Below are positions 10,615-18,872 of a stretch of DNA of 64,000 nt, piece after piece. Both the position numbers and the translations under genes were made by a program. Position 1 is the first letter of the stretch, and every line of letters begins with the position of its first letter. The stretch comes from a virus (Duplodnaviria > Caudoviricetes). The DNA is taken from IMG/VR virus record IMGVR_UViG_3300035498_000956, one strand, 5' to 3'. Under the pieces are notes generated by a model, which was given only the letters and a program-made list of their open reading frames with translations, was not told the DNA's origin and did not search any database.

Positions 10615-13521
10615 TTAATCCTCCAAATTTTCAAAATCCGCATGAGAGAAAACATAATCCTTTCTTGAAACAATATCTTCTCCTAAGAGAACGTCAAAAT
10701 AATATTTTGCCTGCTCAGCGTCGTCCATTTTAATTTGAACCATTCTAGCATCTTTTGAGAATATTGTTTGTCTAAAATCTTCAGGCTGAGATTCACCTAC
10801 GTATTACTCCATTATTTCTAATGGTACTGACCATTTCTTACTGTAAAAACAGCACATCGTTTCGGTTCTCATTGGCTTCGTTTCCTAAAACCAAGACGTG
10901 TATTAATAACGTCCCTACTCCCCAGCATTTCAACCTTAGGGATGGCCGATACAAGTTACTCAATTTCAATATAGGTTTTCCTATTATAAATTCTTTTAAA
11001 CACTTCTCTAGTTACTTTATCTTTAAAGTCTTGGTATAATTCATCTAAAGTTTCGGATGAAGATCTACGTCGAATTTCTCGTATTTCCTCTATACTAAGT
11101 CTTCGACCAGATCCTTTTCCAGGGTGGCTATTCCTCATCCAAGTATGAAAAGCTATATTTTCTTTGGTGAAAACATCCATATGTACCTTTGTCCAAGTAT
11201 CACCATTCCAAATTTTATGAAATCCACTTGGTCCAATTTTATCTTTATATTGTGCATACACCTCATCTTTTATCTGATGCTTATTATATGCTTCACGAAT
11301 ATTATATACATCAGCTTCAGATAATTTATGTCGTGGATGCCTTTCGCCATCTTGAATACGAAGAACCATATTACCACCTTCGTCTTCATTGTAACCATGT
11401 TTATAAGTATCATATAACTTTATATAATATATTTCCCAATCGTTTAATTCTTCTTGTGGACAAGTTTTTAATACTTCAAAATCAAAATTTTCTGTACCAT
11501 ATTTACGAAGAGCACGATAGAACGTTTTTTCATATTCTTTATTACTTTCAACATTCCAAAAAGCTCGTTGTATATGTGTTTTTCTACGTTTTTCAATATC
11601 AATACTTTGTCCAATATAACTATGTCCATTAATTTTATTTGTAAATTTATAAATTCCTATCATAAAATCACTCCTAATATAACGTGAGTGACTATTGAGT
11701 AACTCACGAGATTATCTTCTATTCTTGAAGTAGTTTTCCTAAGCCTTAACTTTAAGAAAAACGGATTACGAGAACGTTCAGACTCCCTCGTTAGCTAAGA
11801 TTTATCTTCTTAACCTCTATTAATAAAATAGATTAGATGTGTTAGGGCCAGACTATCTCTTACCCCTTTAATCTAGTTATATCACCTTTAGGTAATTCTT
11901 TTAGTTCTTTTTCGTTATAAGCAAAATATTTTTTACCTTTACTTTCAACTTTGAATAATGGAGTTACACCCCAATATACTTTACCTGCTTTAATTAATTC
12001 TGGATAATGACAATAGAGAAATGTTAAAACTAAACATACTATATCATATCCATCTTTATCCATATCCGCCATTATAACAATTTTACCATAACGTAATTTT
12101 TTAATATTAAATTTATCTCCCACGCCGCAACCAAAAGCAACGTGTAATTGTTTTACTTCCTCGTTTGCGGCAACTTTATCAGCAGGATTTTTTAAAGCAT
12201 TAATAATCTTACCTCTTAAATCAAAGCAAGCTGTAGTTTCAGAATCTCTCGCTTTAACAAGTGCTCCCTTTGCTGATTTTCCTTCACATATCATTAATTG
12301 TGAGGATTCATCATGTCTTCTGCAGTCAGCAAGCTTTTCTACTAGTATTGCTTTTTTCTTTAATTCTTTTTGAATATCATTATTACTTGATAAAATCGCC
12401 TCTCTTGCTTTATCAGCCGCAATTTCAGCTCGTTGCACCTTAACCATCATTTCAATAATTACAGAGAAATCATTAGTCTTACTAAATTCTTCTAATCCCT
12501 CTTTCATTGCTTGAGAAGTCAAAGTTCTAAGAGACGGCGTATTAATTTTAGATTTTGTTTGATTCGCAAATGATGGGTTTGCTACTTTACAATTAACCGC
12601 ATAGATTAATCCCTTTCTCATCGATTCAGGTTCTAAATTCTTTCCACTTAATTTTTTAATTTGTGTTGTAATAGCAGTTTTCGCTCCAGTAACAGGAGTT
12701 CCTCCCTCTGGACAATATAGTCCATTAACAAACACATAACTCTTTTCTTGTCCGCCAGTCCAAATAAAGGCTACTTCAACTTCATCTGTTCCATCAGTAG
12801 CAGAACAAATAATTGGTTTTTTCATTAATGGTTTTTTAGCTACATCTTTAATGAAATCTGCAATACCATTTTTAGAATAGTATTCTTGAGATTTACTATT
12901 ATCTTGATTTTTTATTATGAATTTAATACCTTTATTTAAATAGGCAATATTTTTTATTTCTTCACAAATTCTATCAAAAGAAAAAGATTCAGTTGCGTTA
13001 ATAAAAACTTTTTTATCTGGTTGGAATGTTATTAGAGTTCCGTCTTTTTCTTTTGTTGTAGTTTCTTCATAGGATTTAAGTAATCCTTCTTCAAAGATTG
13101 CTGTCGCTGATGTTCCACTTCGGTAACTCGTTACGATAAATTTGGAAGATGACATACATACTGCCGTTCCTCCGATTCCGTTCAATCCGCTACTATTTTT
13201 ATAAGAACCTTTATCAAACTTACCACCTGTATGAGATTCAGTATAAATTGCAACCAATATATTCCTATCATCTTTGATACCAAAAGGAACACCACGTCCG
13301 AAGTCACGGCATGATATCGTTCCGTCTGTCTCATCAAGTGTAAGAATGATGCTATCACCATATCCAGCGATTGCCTCATCAGTCGAGTTATTAATGATTT
13401 CCTTTAGGGCTTGATAGATGCCCTCTGTATCGTCTGTTCCAAGATACATTTGGATACGTTGACGCATCGCATTTCTGGTATCGAGGTGCTTTATATTATC
13501 TATATTATATTCTGTACTCAT
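10615..13521 (-). CDS. gyrB: DNA gyrase subunit B, spliced: exon 1 11862-13521, exon 2 10615-10799
   Basis: EIINNSTDE, DFGRGVP, HTGGKF, GLNGIG, LRGKIIN, MADMDKDG. Splicing gives RLKG-L-GESQPEDF...FENLED*, restoring the conserved KGLGE. Start set at ATG 13521 after GAGGAGG. Confidence 0.92.
10800..11861 (-). mobile_element. Group I intron in gyrB carrying a homing endonuclease gene
   Basis: Exon ends GGGGU and pairs with GCCCU (P1). P7 is GGCCAU/AUGGUC. Terminal G at 10800. Core sequence shared with the helicase intron. Confidence 0.9.
10956..11663 (-). CDS. Intron-encoded GIY-YIG homing endonuclease
   Basis: MIGIYKFTNKINGHSYIGQS...R...E...GYN; C-terminal helical DNA-binding repeats (KLSEADVYNIR, RLSIEEIREIR). 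Confidence 0.9.
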   Translation of the reverse strand: MIGIYKFTNKINGHSYIGQSIDIEKRRKTHIQRAFWNVESNKEYEKTFYRALRKYGTENFDFEVLKTCPQEELNDWEIYYIKLYDTYKHGYNEDEGGNMVLRIQDGERHPRHKLSEADVYNIREAYNKHQIKDEVYAQYKDKIGPSGFHKIWNGDTWTKVHMDVFTKENIAFHTWMRNSHPGKGSGRRLSIEEIREIRRRSSSETLDELYQDFKDKVTREVFKRIYNRKTYIEIE

Positions 13522-13589
13522 GTGATTCCTCCTCAAGTTCTCGCGTTTATTTTCTTCTCTCTGTGTCCCTCCCCTCATTTTCTATATTT

Positions 13590-13618
13590 ATTATATCACT
13601 CTTTAGCGGCAAAGTCAA
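13590..13618 (-). promoter_or_regulatory. sigmaA-type promoter for gyrB
   Basis: TTGACT-17 nt-TATAAT. Confidence 0.75.
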
Positions 13619-13789
13619 TTAATTTTCGTTTTGCCCGCTGGAGATTTTGTTTGTGATTCGTTTGGGTAATAGTTAAGGCGGCTAGTTTTGATTCCAGCCG
13701 CCTAGGTTTGAGTTATTTAATTATTTCGGAGTGTTATTTGAGCTGTTACTCAATCACTTGTTTTTATTTATAATTCACCCTATTAATGA

Positions 13790-14254
13790 GCTACGCTCAT
13801 CAAAAATTAGAGAAAATTGATTTTGAACTCTTTTTCTCTAACTTTACTTTTGACTTATGTTTTACACCTACTATTAAAATACTAAACGCCAAGACTTATT
13901 AAACCAGCAAAATAAAACCTTGTTAATTTAAGTTGTGCGCCTATTCGGTAGTCCATAGGCAAGCTGGTTTCTTTGTTCCTCCCCTTCTTTTACAACAATA
14001 CGTTTGTTGACGGCTTAAGTTCCCGTTTTGACGATATAAGTTACGATTAACTGTCATGGATTTTGACATTAATTCCTATAACGTGTGATTTAGAACTTCC
14101 CGCTCACAACACGATTAACAGCGTGGACTAGATAGGCATATCATCACGACATTCCTAAATAGCCTTTTTGATAACGGAGAGCTGTCTAAGCGTCCCTCTC
14201 CGCTTAACAACGAACTAAATCGACTTACGTTAAGCATTCTATATTCACTTTTCT
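13790..14254 (-). ncRNA. Putative large structured non-coding RNA (family unassigned; 3' end uncertain, may extend to ~13676)
   Basis: Consensus promoter at 14261-14289, no ORF, GC-richer than its flanks, many local and long-range helices. Confidence 0.6.
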
Positions 14255-14260
14255 AATATT

Positions 14261-14309
14261 ATTATACCATGTAAACTAGAAAAAGTCAATCCCATTAAGA
14301 GATTGACTT
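14261..14309 (-). promoter_or_regulatory. sigmaA promoter fused to the upstream terminator hairpin
   Basis: TTGACT(14289-14284)-17 nt-TATAAT(14266-14261); stem AAGTCAATC/GATTGACTT. Confidence 0.75.
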
Positions 14310-14317
14310 AATCAAAA

Positions 14318-14830
14318 TTATTTCTTTTTCTTATGATACTTTTTCGCCGCGGAATTTACAACGATTCCTTTATCTTTTTGCTCTTGTTCCCATTTACGTC
14401 TTTTCTCTGCTCGTTCAATTTCATATGTATTGATTCTACCCTCGGCCCAAATAATTTCTCTTTTGTCGGGCTTTAATCTTGCATCATCATCAAATAAAGT
14501 TTTCCATCTATCATCAAGAAAATATTCTAGTTGATAGATTTTCCTTTTTAATATTTCAACCTTCTTTTCATCTGTCTCTGTTTCTAGACATCTATTATAA
14601 TATGCATAGTCTCTTTCAATGATTGTTGGTAAATTTTTATCAAAAACCTTATGATTATGAGCTAAATATTTTGAATCCTTTAAAATCTTATTCCAAAATT
14701 TAACACCAAAGGGACTATCATAATCATGGATTCGTTGATTTTCTTTAACTAAATTCTTTATAACGTTTTTCTTCGTTCTTTTTACTGGCTTTGGACCTTT
14801 TCTCTTTTTCTCTTGATTTATATTTTCCAT
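14318..14830 (-). CDS. Hypothetical basic protein
   Basis: 170 aa, Lys/Arg-rich termini, RBS AGGAGG, own promoter. Confidence 0.65.
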   Translation of the reverse strand: MENINQEKKRKGPKPVKRTKKNVIKNLVKENQRIHDYDSPFGVKFWNKILKDSKYLAHNHKVFDKNLPTIIERDYAYYNRCLETETDEKKVEILKRKIYQLEYFLDDRWKTLFDDDARLKPDKREIIWAEGRINTYEIERAEKRRKWEQEQKDKGIVVNSAAKKYHKKKK

Positions 14831-14912
14831 ATAAATTCCTCCTTTATTTTTCTATTATCATTATATCAGAAAATAAAGAAAAAATCAAGCTAATTAAAGC
14901 TTGATTTTCATG

Positions 14913-16010
14913 TTACTTTTGAAATAGATATAAAAATTCTAAATCATAATCTTCTTGACGTTTCTTTCTTCCCTTCTTTCCATTTGTACCAATTTTATAT
15001 TTCTTAATAAATTTAAAACCAACTTTTTCTAGCTGTTCTAACCAATCTTCTGTAATATGATAATAATTTTTACTCTCATCTGAATAGTTATTTATATCAA
15101 CAGCAAAATATCCTCCAGTCTTTAACATATCATAACTATTTTTAACAGTATTATACACATAATTATTGACCCAATTATCATAATTTGCAAATTTAATTTC
15201 ACTTTGAGTATCTTCTGTACTATAATGCTCTAAATTAAAGAAAGGCGGGCATGAAAATATAAAATCAACAGACGAATTTGGTTCTATATGATTTTCAGAA
15301 CATTCTTTATATATTTTATAACTATTTTTTCTATTGGTGCATTGTTCAATATAAGAACCTAGATTTAATAGATTATCATATGTTTCAGTACATGGTTCTA
15401 CACCTATATATGTATAATTATTTTTACTTGATAATGCTCCTAGCATTCGCGCGCCAAAACCACAAGAATAATCATAAATTACACCATTTTTTGGACAAAA
15501 ACATTCATAAATAGCTTTAGCTCTCATTGGATTATAATTTGTTGGCATTTTACCATTTAATCTTCCAACACGAATAAAAAGATTACGCATATTAGAAATT
15601 TTTTCATGTTTAAAAGCAAAACGAAAAATTGTGTGTAAACAAGTTTCATTATAAAATTGATCATATAGGCTCATGTTTTTACCTTGTGTAGATGTAAATA
15701 AATTTGGAAACATAAAATCAAGAAAGACTTGTCCAGTATATGATCTAATATCTATATTTTCAGCATTAAAATCCATTACTGGATTGCTTTTAATACATCT
15801 TAAAATTTCTTTTCTAATTCCCTCTTGATTGTAATAATAAATAGGGAAAATATTAATTTCCCTAATTTTTTTTATAACTTGATTAATAATCCTATCTTGT
15901 TCATCTCTTGTTAGTTCTTTAAAATTATCTGGAATTAAGATATTTAAATCTTCAATAATACCACTATAGGCATCTTCTTTTTCTTGTGTAGCAATATAAT
16001 CCCACTGCAT
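14913..16010 (-). CDS. SAM-dependent DNA methyltransferase-like protein (amino-MTase type)
   Basis: Motif I YDYSCGFGARMLG, YIGVEP, motif IV-like FSCPPFFNLEHY. Confidence 0.75.
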   Translation of the reverse strand: MQWDYIATQEKEDAYSGIIEDLNILIPDNFKELTRDEQDRIINQVIKKIREINIFPIYYYNQEGIRKEILRCIKSNPVMDFNAENIDIRSYTGQVFLDFMFPNLFTSTQGKNMSLYDQFYNETCLHTIFRFAFKHEKISNMRNLFIRVGRLNGKMPTNYNPMRAKAIYECFCPKNGVIYDYSCGFGARMLGALSSKNNYTYIGVEPCTETYDNLLNLGSYIEQCTNRKNSYKIYKECSENHIEPNSSVDFIFSCPPFFNLEHYSTEDTQSEIKFANYDNWVNNYVYNTVKNSYDMLKTGGYFAVDINNYSDESKNYYHITEDWLEQLEKVGFKFIKKYKIGTNGKKGRKKRQEDYDLEFLYLFQK

Positions 16011-16021
16011 ACGAAGCCTCC

Positions 16022-16195
16022 TTAATATCCTAATAAATTATCCCATTTCTTATTTGCAACAAGAATTGGTAATTCTGTTTCACTAAATTTCTTCCATTTC
16101 TTCATAAAATCAATAGCACATTTACACTCATCACAATTTTCATCACATTCAGGATTATCCTTTTGTAAAGGACACTTTAATTGCTTAAATTTCAT
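16022..16195 (-). CDS. Small Cys-rich protein (57 aa), not in the ORF track
   Basis: MKFKQLKCPLQKDNPECDENCDECKCAIDF...LLGY*; TAATG coupling to the nrdG stop. Confidence 0.6.
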   Translation of the reverse strand: MKFKQLKCPLQKDNPECDENCDECKCAIDFMKKWKKFSETELPILVANKKWDNLLGY

Positions 16196-16731
16196 TATGA
16201 TTCCTCCTTAAAATATTCTTTACTTATATTTTCCCATTTTAATCCATTATCATAGAATTTATATGCTTGTTGATTTGTACTACCTCTAAAATCTAAAATT
16301 TTAGTGGAGCGGCTCTTATCATAACGTCCATCTATCATTATATCAATTAATTGTAAAAAATCAATAGCGCCATTAATTTTTAGAAAATTTTCTAATATAA
16401 ATCCAGTATAAACAATAATTTGTAAAGGTTCTTTACGATTTTTAATATCATCATTATCTCTAATTTCGCGGCAAAATTTGGTAACTGTATCTAAATTTCT
16501 TGGATGACAAGGATCGCCGCCGAGTAATACAAAACTTTTTATATGAGGATTCTTTAAAGATTCTATTATCTTATCTTCTATTGATTTATCAAATAGCTTC
16601 CCTGCATTAAAATCCCATGTTTCAGAATTAAAACAATCCTCGCAATGTTGTTCACAACCTGATACCCATAAAGTCGTGGATAATCCATGACTATTCGCAG
16701 TATCGAAATATAACACTTTTGAATAGTTCAT
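16195..16731 (-). CDS. nrdG: Anaerobic ribonucleotide reductase activase
   Basis: Radical SAM motif WVSGCEQHCEDCFN, LLGGDP, DGRY, FRGSTNQ. Confidence 0.93.
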   Translation of the reverse strand: MNYSKVLYFDTANSHGLSTTLWVSGCEQHCEDCFNSETWDFNAGKLFDKSIEDKIIESLKNPHIKSFVLLGGDPCHPRNLDTVTKFCREIRDNDDIKNRKEPLQIIVYTGFILENFLKINGAIDFLQLIDIMIDGRYDKSRSTKILDFRGSTNQQAYKFYDNGLKWENISKEYFKEES

Positions 16732-16732
16732 T

Positions 16733-17281
16733 TTAATCCTCCCATCTTAATCTGATAACACTACAATTTACTTGCACTCCATTAACTTTTCTTCTGGTTT
16801 CAATTACGTCAAAGCCTTGGGAAATTATCAAACGTTTAACAGAGGGCCATTTTAACTGTTTTCCACTTGTTCCTTTGAGATTAAAGAACTTACTAATCTT
16901 TTCTTTATCTTCTTTTAATAAAGGTTTTTCTAATAATCTTGTAATTAATTGAATAATTTCCTTTTTAGTTGGCTCTTTATCTTCTTTCTCTTGATATGAA
17001 TCAATAGAAGCATTGATTTTATTATAACCTTTTTCAATTGAATTATAAAGATTAATATAATAAGCTTCTCTTTCGTTTAATTCATCTTCTTTACATTCCT
17101 CTAAAATTTGGAATCTAAACCTATAAGGATGCTCATATAGTTCATAATGAAGCTCATCTTCAACTGAAGTCGCATAACGACCTTGTTCTATATGTTCTCC
17201 CCAGCGGCGAGATATATCAAGTGATTTTCCAATGTACTTCTTATTGTCACGAATATTTTCAATCATATAAATACCTATCAT
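16733..17281 (-). CDS. Free-standing GIY-YIG endonuclease
   Basis: MIGIYMIENIRDNKKYIGKS...RW...E...GYN. Confidence 0.8.
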   Translation of the reverse strand: MIGIYMIENIRDNKKYIGKSLDISRRWGEHIEQGRYATSVEDELHYELYEHPYRFRFQILEECKEDELNEREAYYINLYNSIEKGYNKINASIDSYQEKEDKEPTKKEIIQLITRLLEKPLLKEDKEKISKFFNLKGTSGKQLKWPSVKRLIISQGFDVIETRRKVNGVQVNCSVIRLRWED

Positions 17282-17345
17282 TTAAATATCCCCTTTCTGA
17301 TTTCTATAATTATTATATCATGGTTTAAGAGAAAAATCAATTTAA

Positions 17346-17717
17346 TTAAAATTCCTCCATTTGAAAATAAATTGGTGTACTGCCAATAATTGCCTGTGGA
17401 ACTAAAATTAATTTTAATATTGCTTGATTAATATCATTATCATATGCAACCATGTTGAATTTTTGTCCTCTTGATGTAAAATCTGCTTTTTGAATAAGTA
17501 AAAATGAATCTGTCGTTGTATTATGAAAAAATAATTGATTAAAATTTTGAGTTATTTTTATATGTTGTGTGTTAATATGATTTTTTTTCATTATATCTAA
17601 AGTATATTTTTGTAAGTTTTTGGAATAATGAGAGTAATCAACGTAAATAGCCATATGCAAATCAGATTTTGATTCTAATAATTGAAAAAATAACTTTAAT
17701 ATTGATTGATAATTCAT
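17346..17717 (-). CDS. Hypothetical protein
   Basis: 123 aa, RBS AGGAGG, own promoter. Confidence 0.6.
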   Translation of the reverse strand: MNYQSILKLFFQLLESKSDLHMAIYVDYSHYSKNLQKYTLDIMKKNHINTQHIKITQNFNQLFFHNTTTDSFLLIQKADFTSRGQKFNMVAYDNDINQAILKLILVPQAIIGSTPIYFQMEEF

Positions 17718-17808
17718 TTATATACCTCCTTTTGATTTGATAATATTATTATATTATAGGATAGAAAAAAAGTCAAGTCTGATATGACTTGACTTAATTT
17801 TCTTTTAA

Positions 17809-18771
17809 TTAATGAGGAATTTTTGCTGCTGTTAATAATTCTTCCATACCAAGTCCACCTTGTTCCCATTTTCTCATACAATAGTCATAGATATTAGGAT
17901 TAGATTGTTTTAATAGTTCAAAACGATTTGGTGATTTTTCTTTATGTACGCCAAAACCACAATATATACAACCTGTTTGATTTCGTTCTGTACAATATAA
18001 TTGATCATTTTCATTTCTTTTAATTTCTCCATAGCATTTAGATAAAGGTAGATCATATCGTAGTATATATTCTAAAATATCGTTATTGGTCCAAAAACCT
18101 AATGGTGTGCTAACTTTTCTTACTGCTTTAAAACTATTACATCCTTCTCTTAAATAAGATTCAAGTCTTTGTTTACTTTCTTCCGCTAAAGTCCCAATAA
18201 AAGGATGTCTGCCAGTTTCTTTTTCATATCTTTTAGCTGGTTCTTTCTTCATGATTGTACAACAAGCATCATTGATCATGTAGTCTGAATTGTTATATAA
18301 TTCAAGCGCATATTTAGGTAATGGAGAATATACATAGTCAAGACCAGTGGATTTCTTTGTACGAATGCCTTTAATATAACGTTCTTCTTGTTCATAGTCT
18401 CCTTTCTTATGTGATTGTCGCGCGGCGTAAAAGATATGTGATACTCCTTTTGTAAAAAGTGGATAGCCATATTCTTGAATAACTTCTCTAAAATTCTTTT
18501 TTGGTCTTAAAATTGTAATGTTTGGAATACTTTTTGCATTAGCTTTGTTTTCGGGCCATTCTAATCCAGTGTCAATATAAACAGCGGGTATATCAGGATA
18601 AACACTGCGAACCAAGTGAGTTAGAACCGTACTATCTTTCCCCCCCGAAGTTGAAATGTATACACCGTCTTGACCATATTCTTTTACCCATTCCATTATT
18701 CTTACTTTTGATTTTTCAATTTTAACATCTAATGGAAGTGCTTGTAACATTTTTAATTCGTCTCTTGTCAT
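17809..18771 (-). CDS. PAPS-reductase-family (PP-loop, Fe-S) protein
   Basis: STSGGKDSTVL, DTGLE, CCTIMKKEP, TGCIYCGFG. Confidence 0.85.
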   Translation of the reverse strand: MTRDELKMLQALPLDVKIEKSKVRIMEWVKEYGQDGVYISTSGGKDSTVLTHLVRSVYPDIPAVYIDTGLEWPENKANAKSIPNITILRPKKNFREVIQEYGYPLFTKGVSHIFYAARQSHKKGDYEQEERYIKGIRTKKSTGLDYVYSPLPKYALELYNNSDYMINDACCTIMKKEPAKRYEKETGRHPFIGTLAEESKQRLESYLREGCNSFKAVRKVSTPLGFWTNNDILEYILRYDLPLSKCYGEIKRNENDQLYCTERNQTGCIYCGFGVHKEKSPNRFELLKQSNPNIYDYCMRKWEQGGLGMEELLTAAKIPH

Positions 18772-18872
18772 TTAAATTCCTCCTATTATATTATCCAATC
18801 TATTGATTGGTAATAATATTTTACTATAAAATGGAAAAAAAGTCAAGTCCATAGGACTTGACTTTTAGGATT

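Noticed and set aside
13522-13578. 19-aa N-terminal extension of GyrB in the ORF track
   Set aside because: It overlaps the leader just after the promoter; the strong GAGGAGG lies in front of ATG 13521.
13790-14254. tmRNA, RNase P RNA or a third group I intron
   Set aside because: No tRNA-like ends or tag ORF, no GAGGAAAGUCC-type RNase P motif, and no interrupted gene or splice junctions were found by eye.
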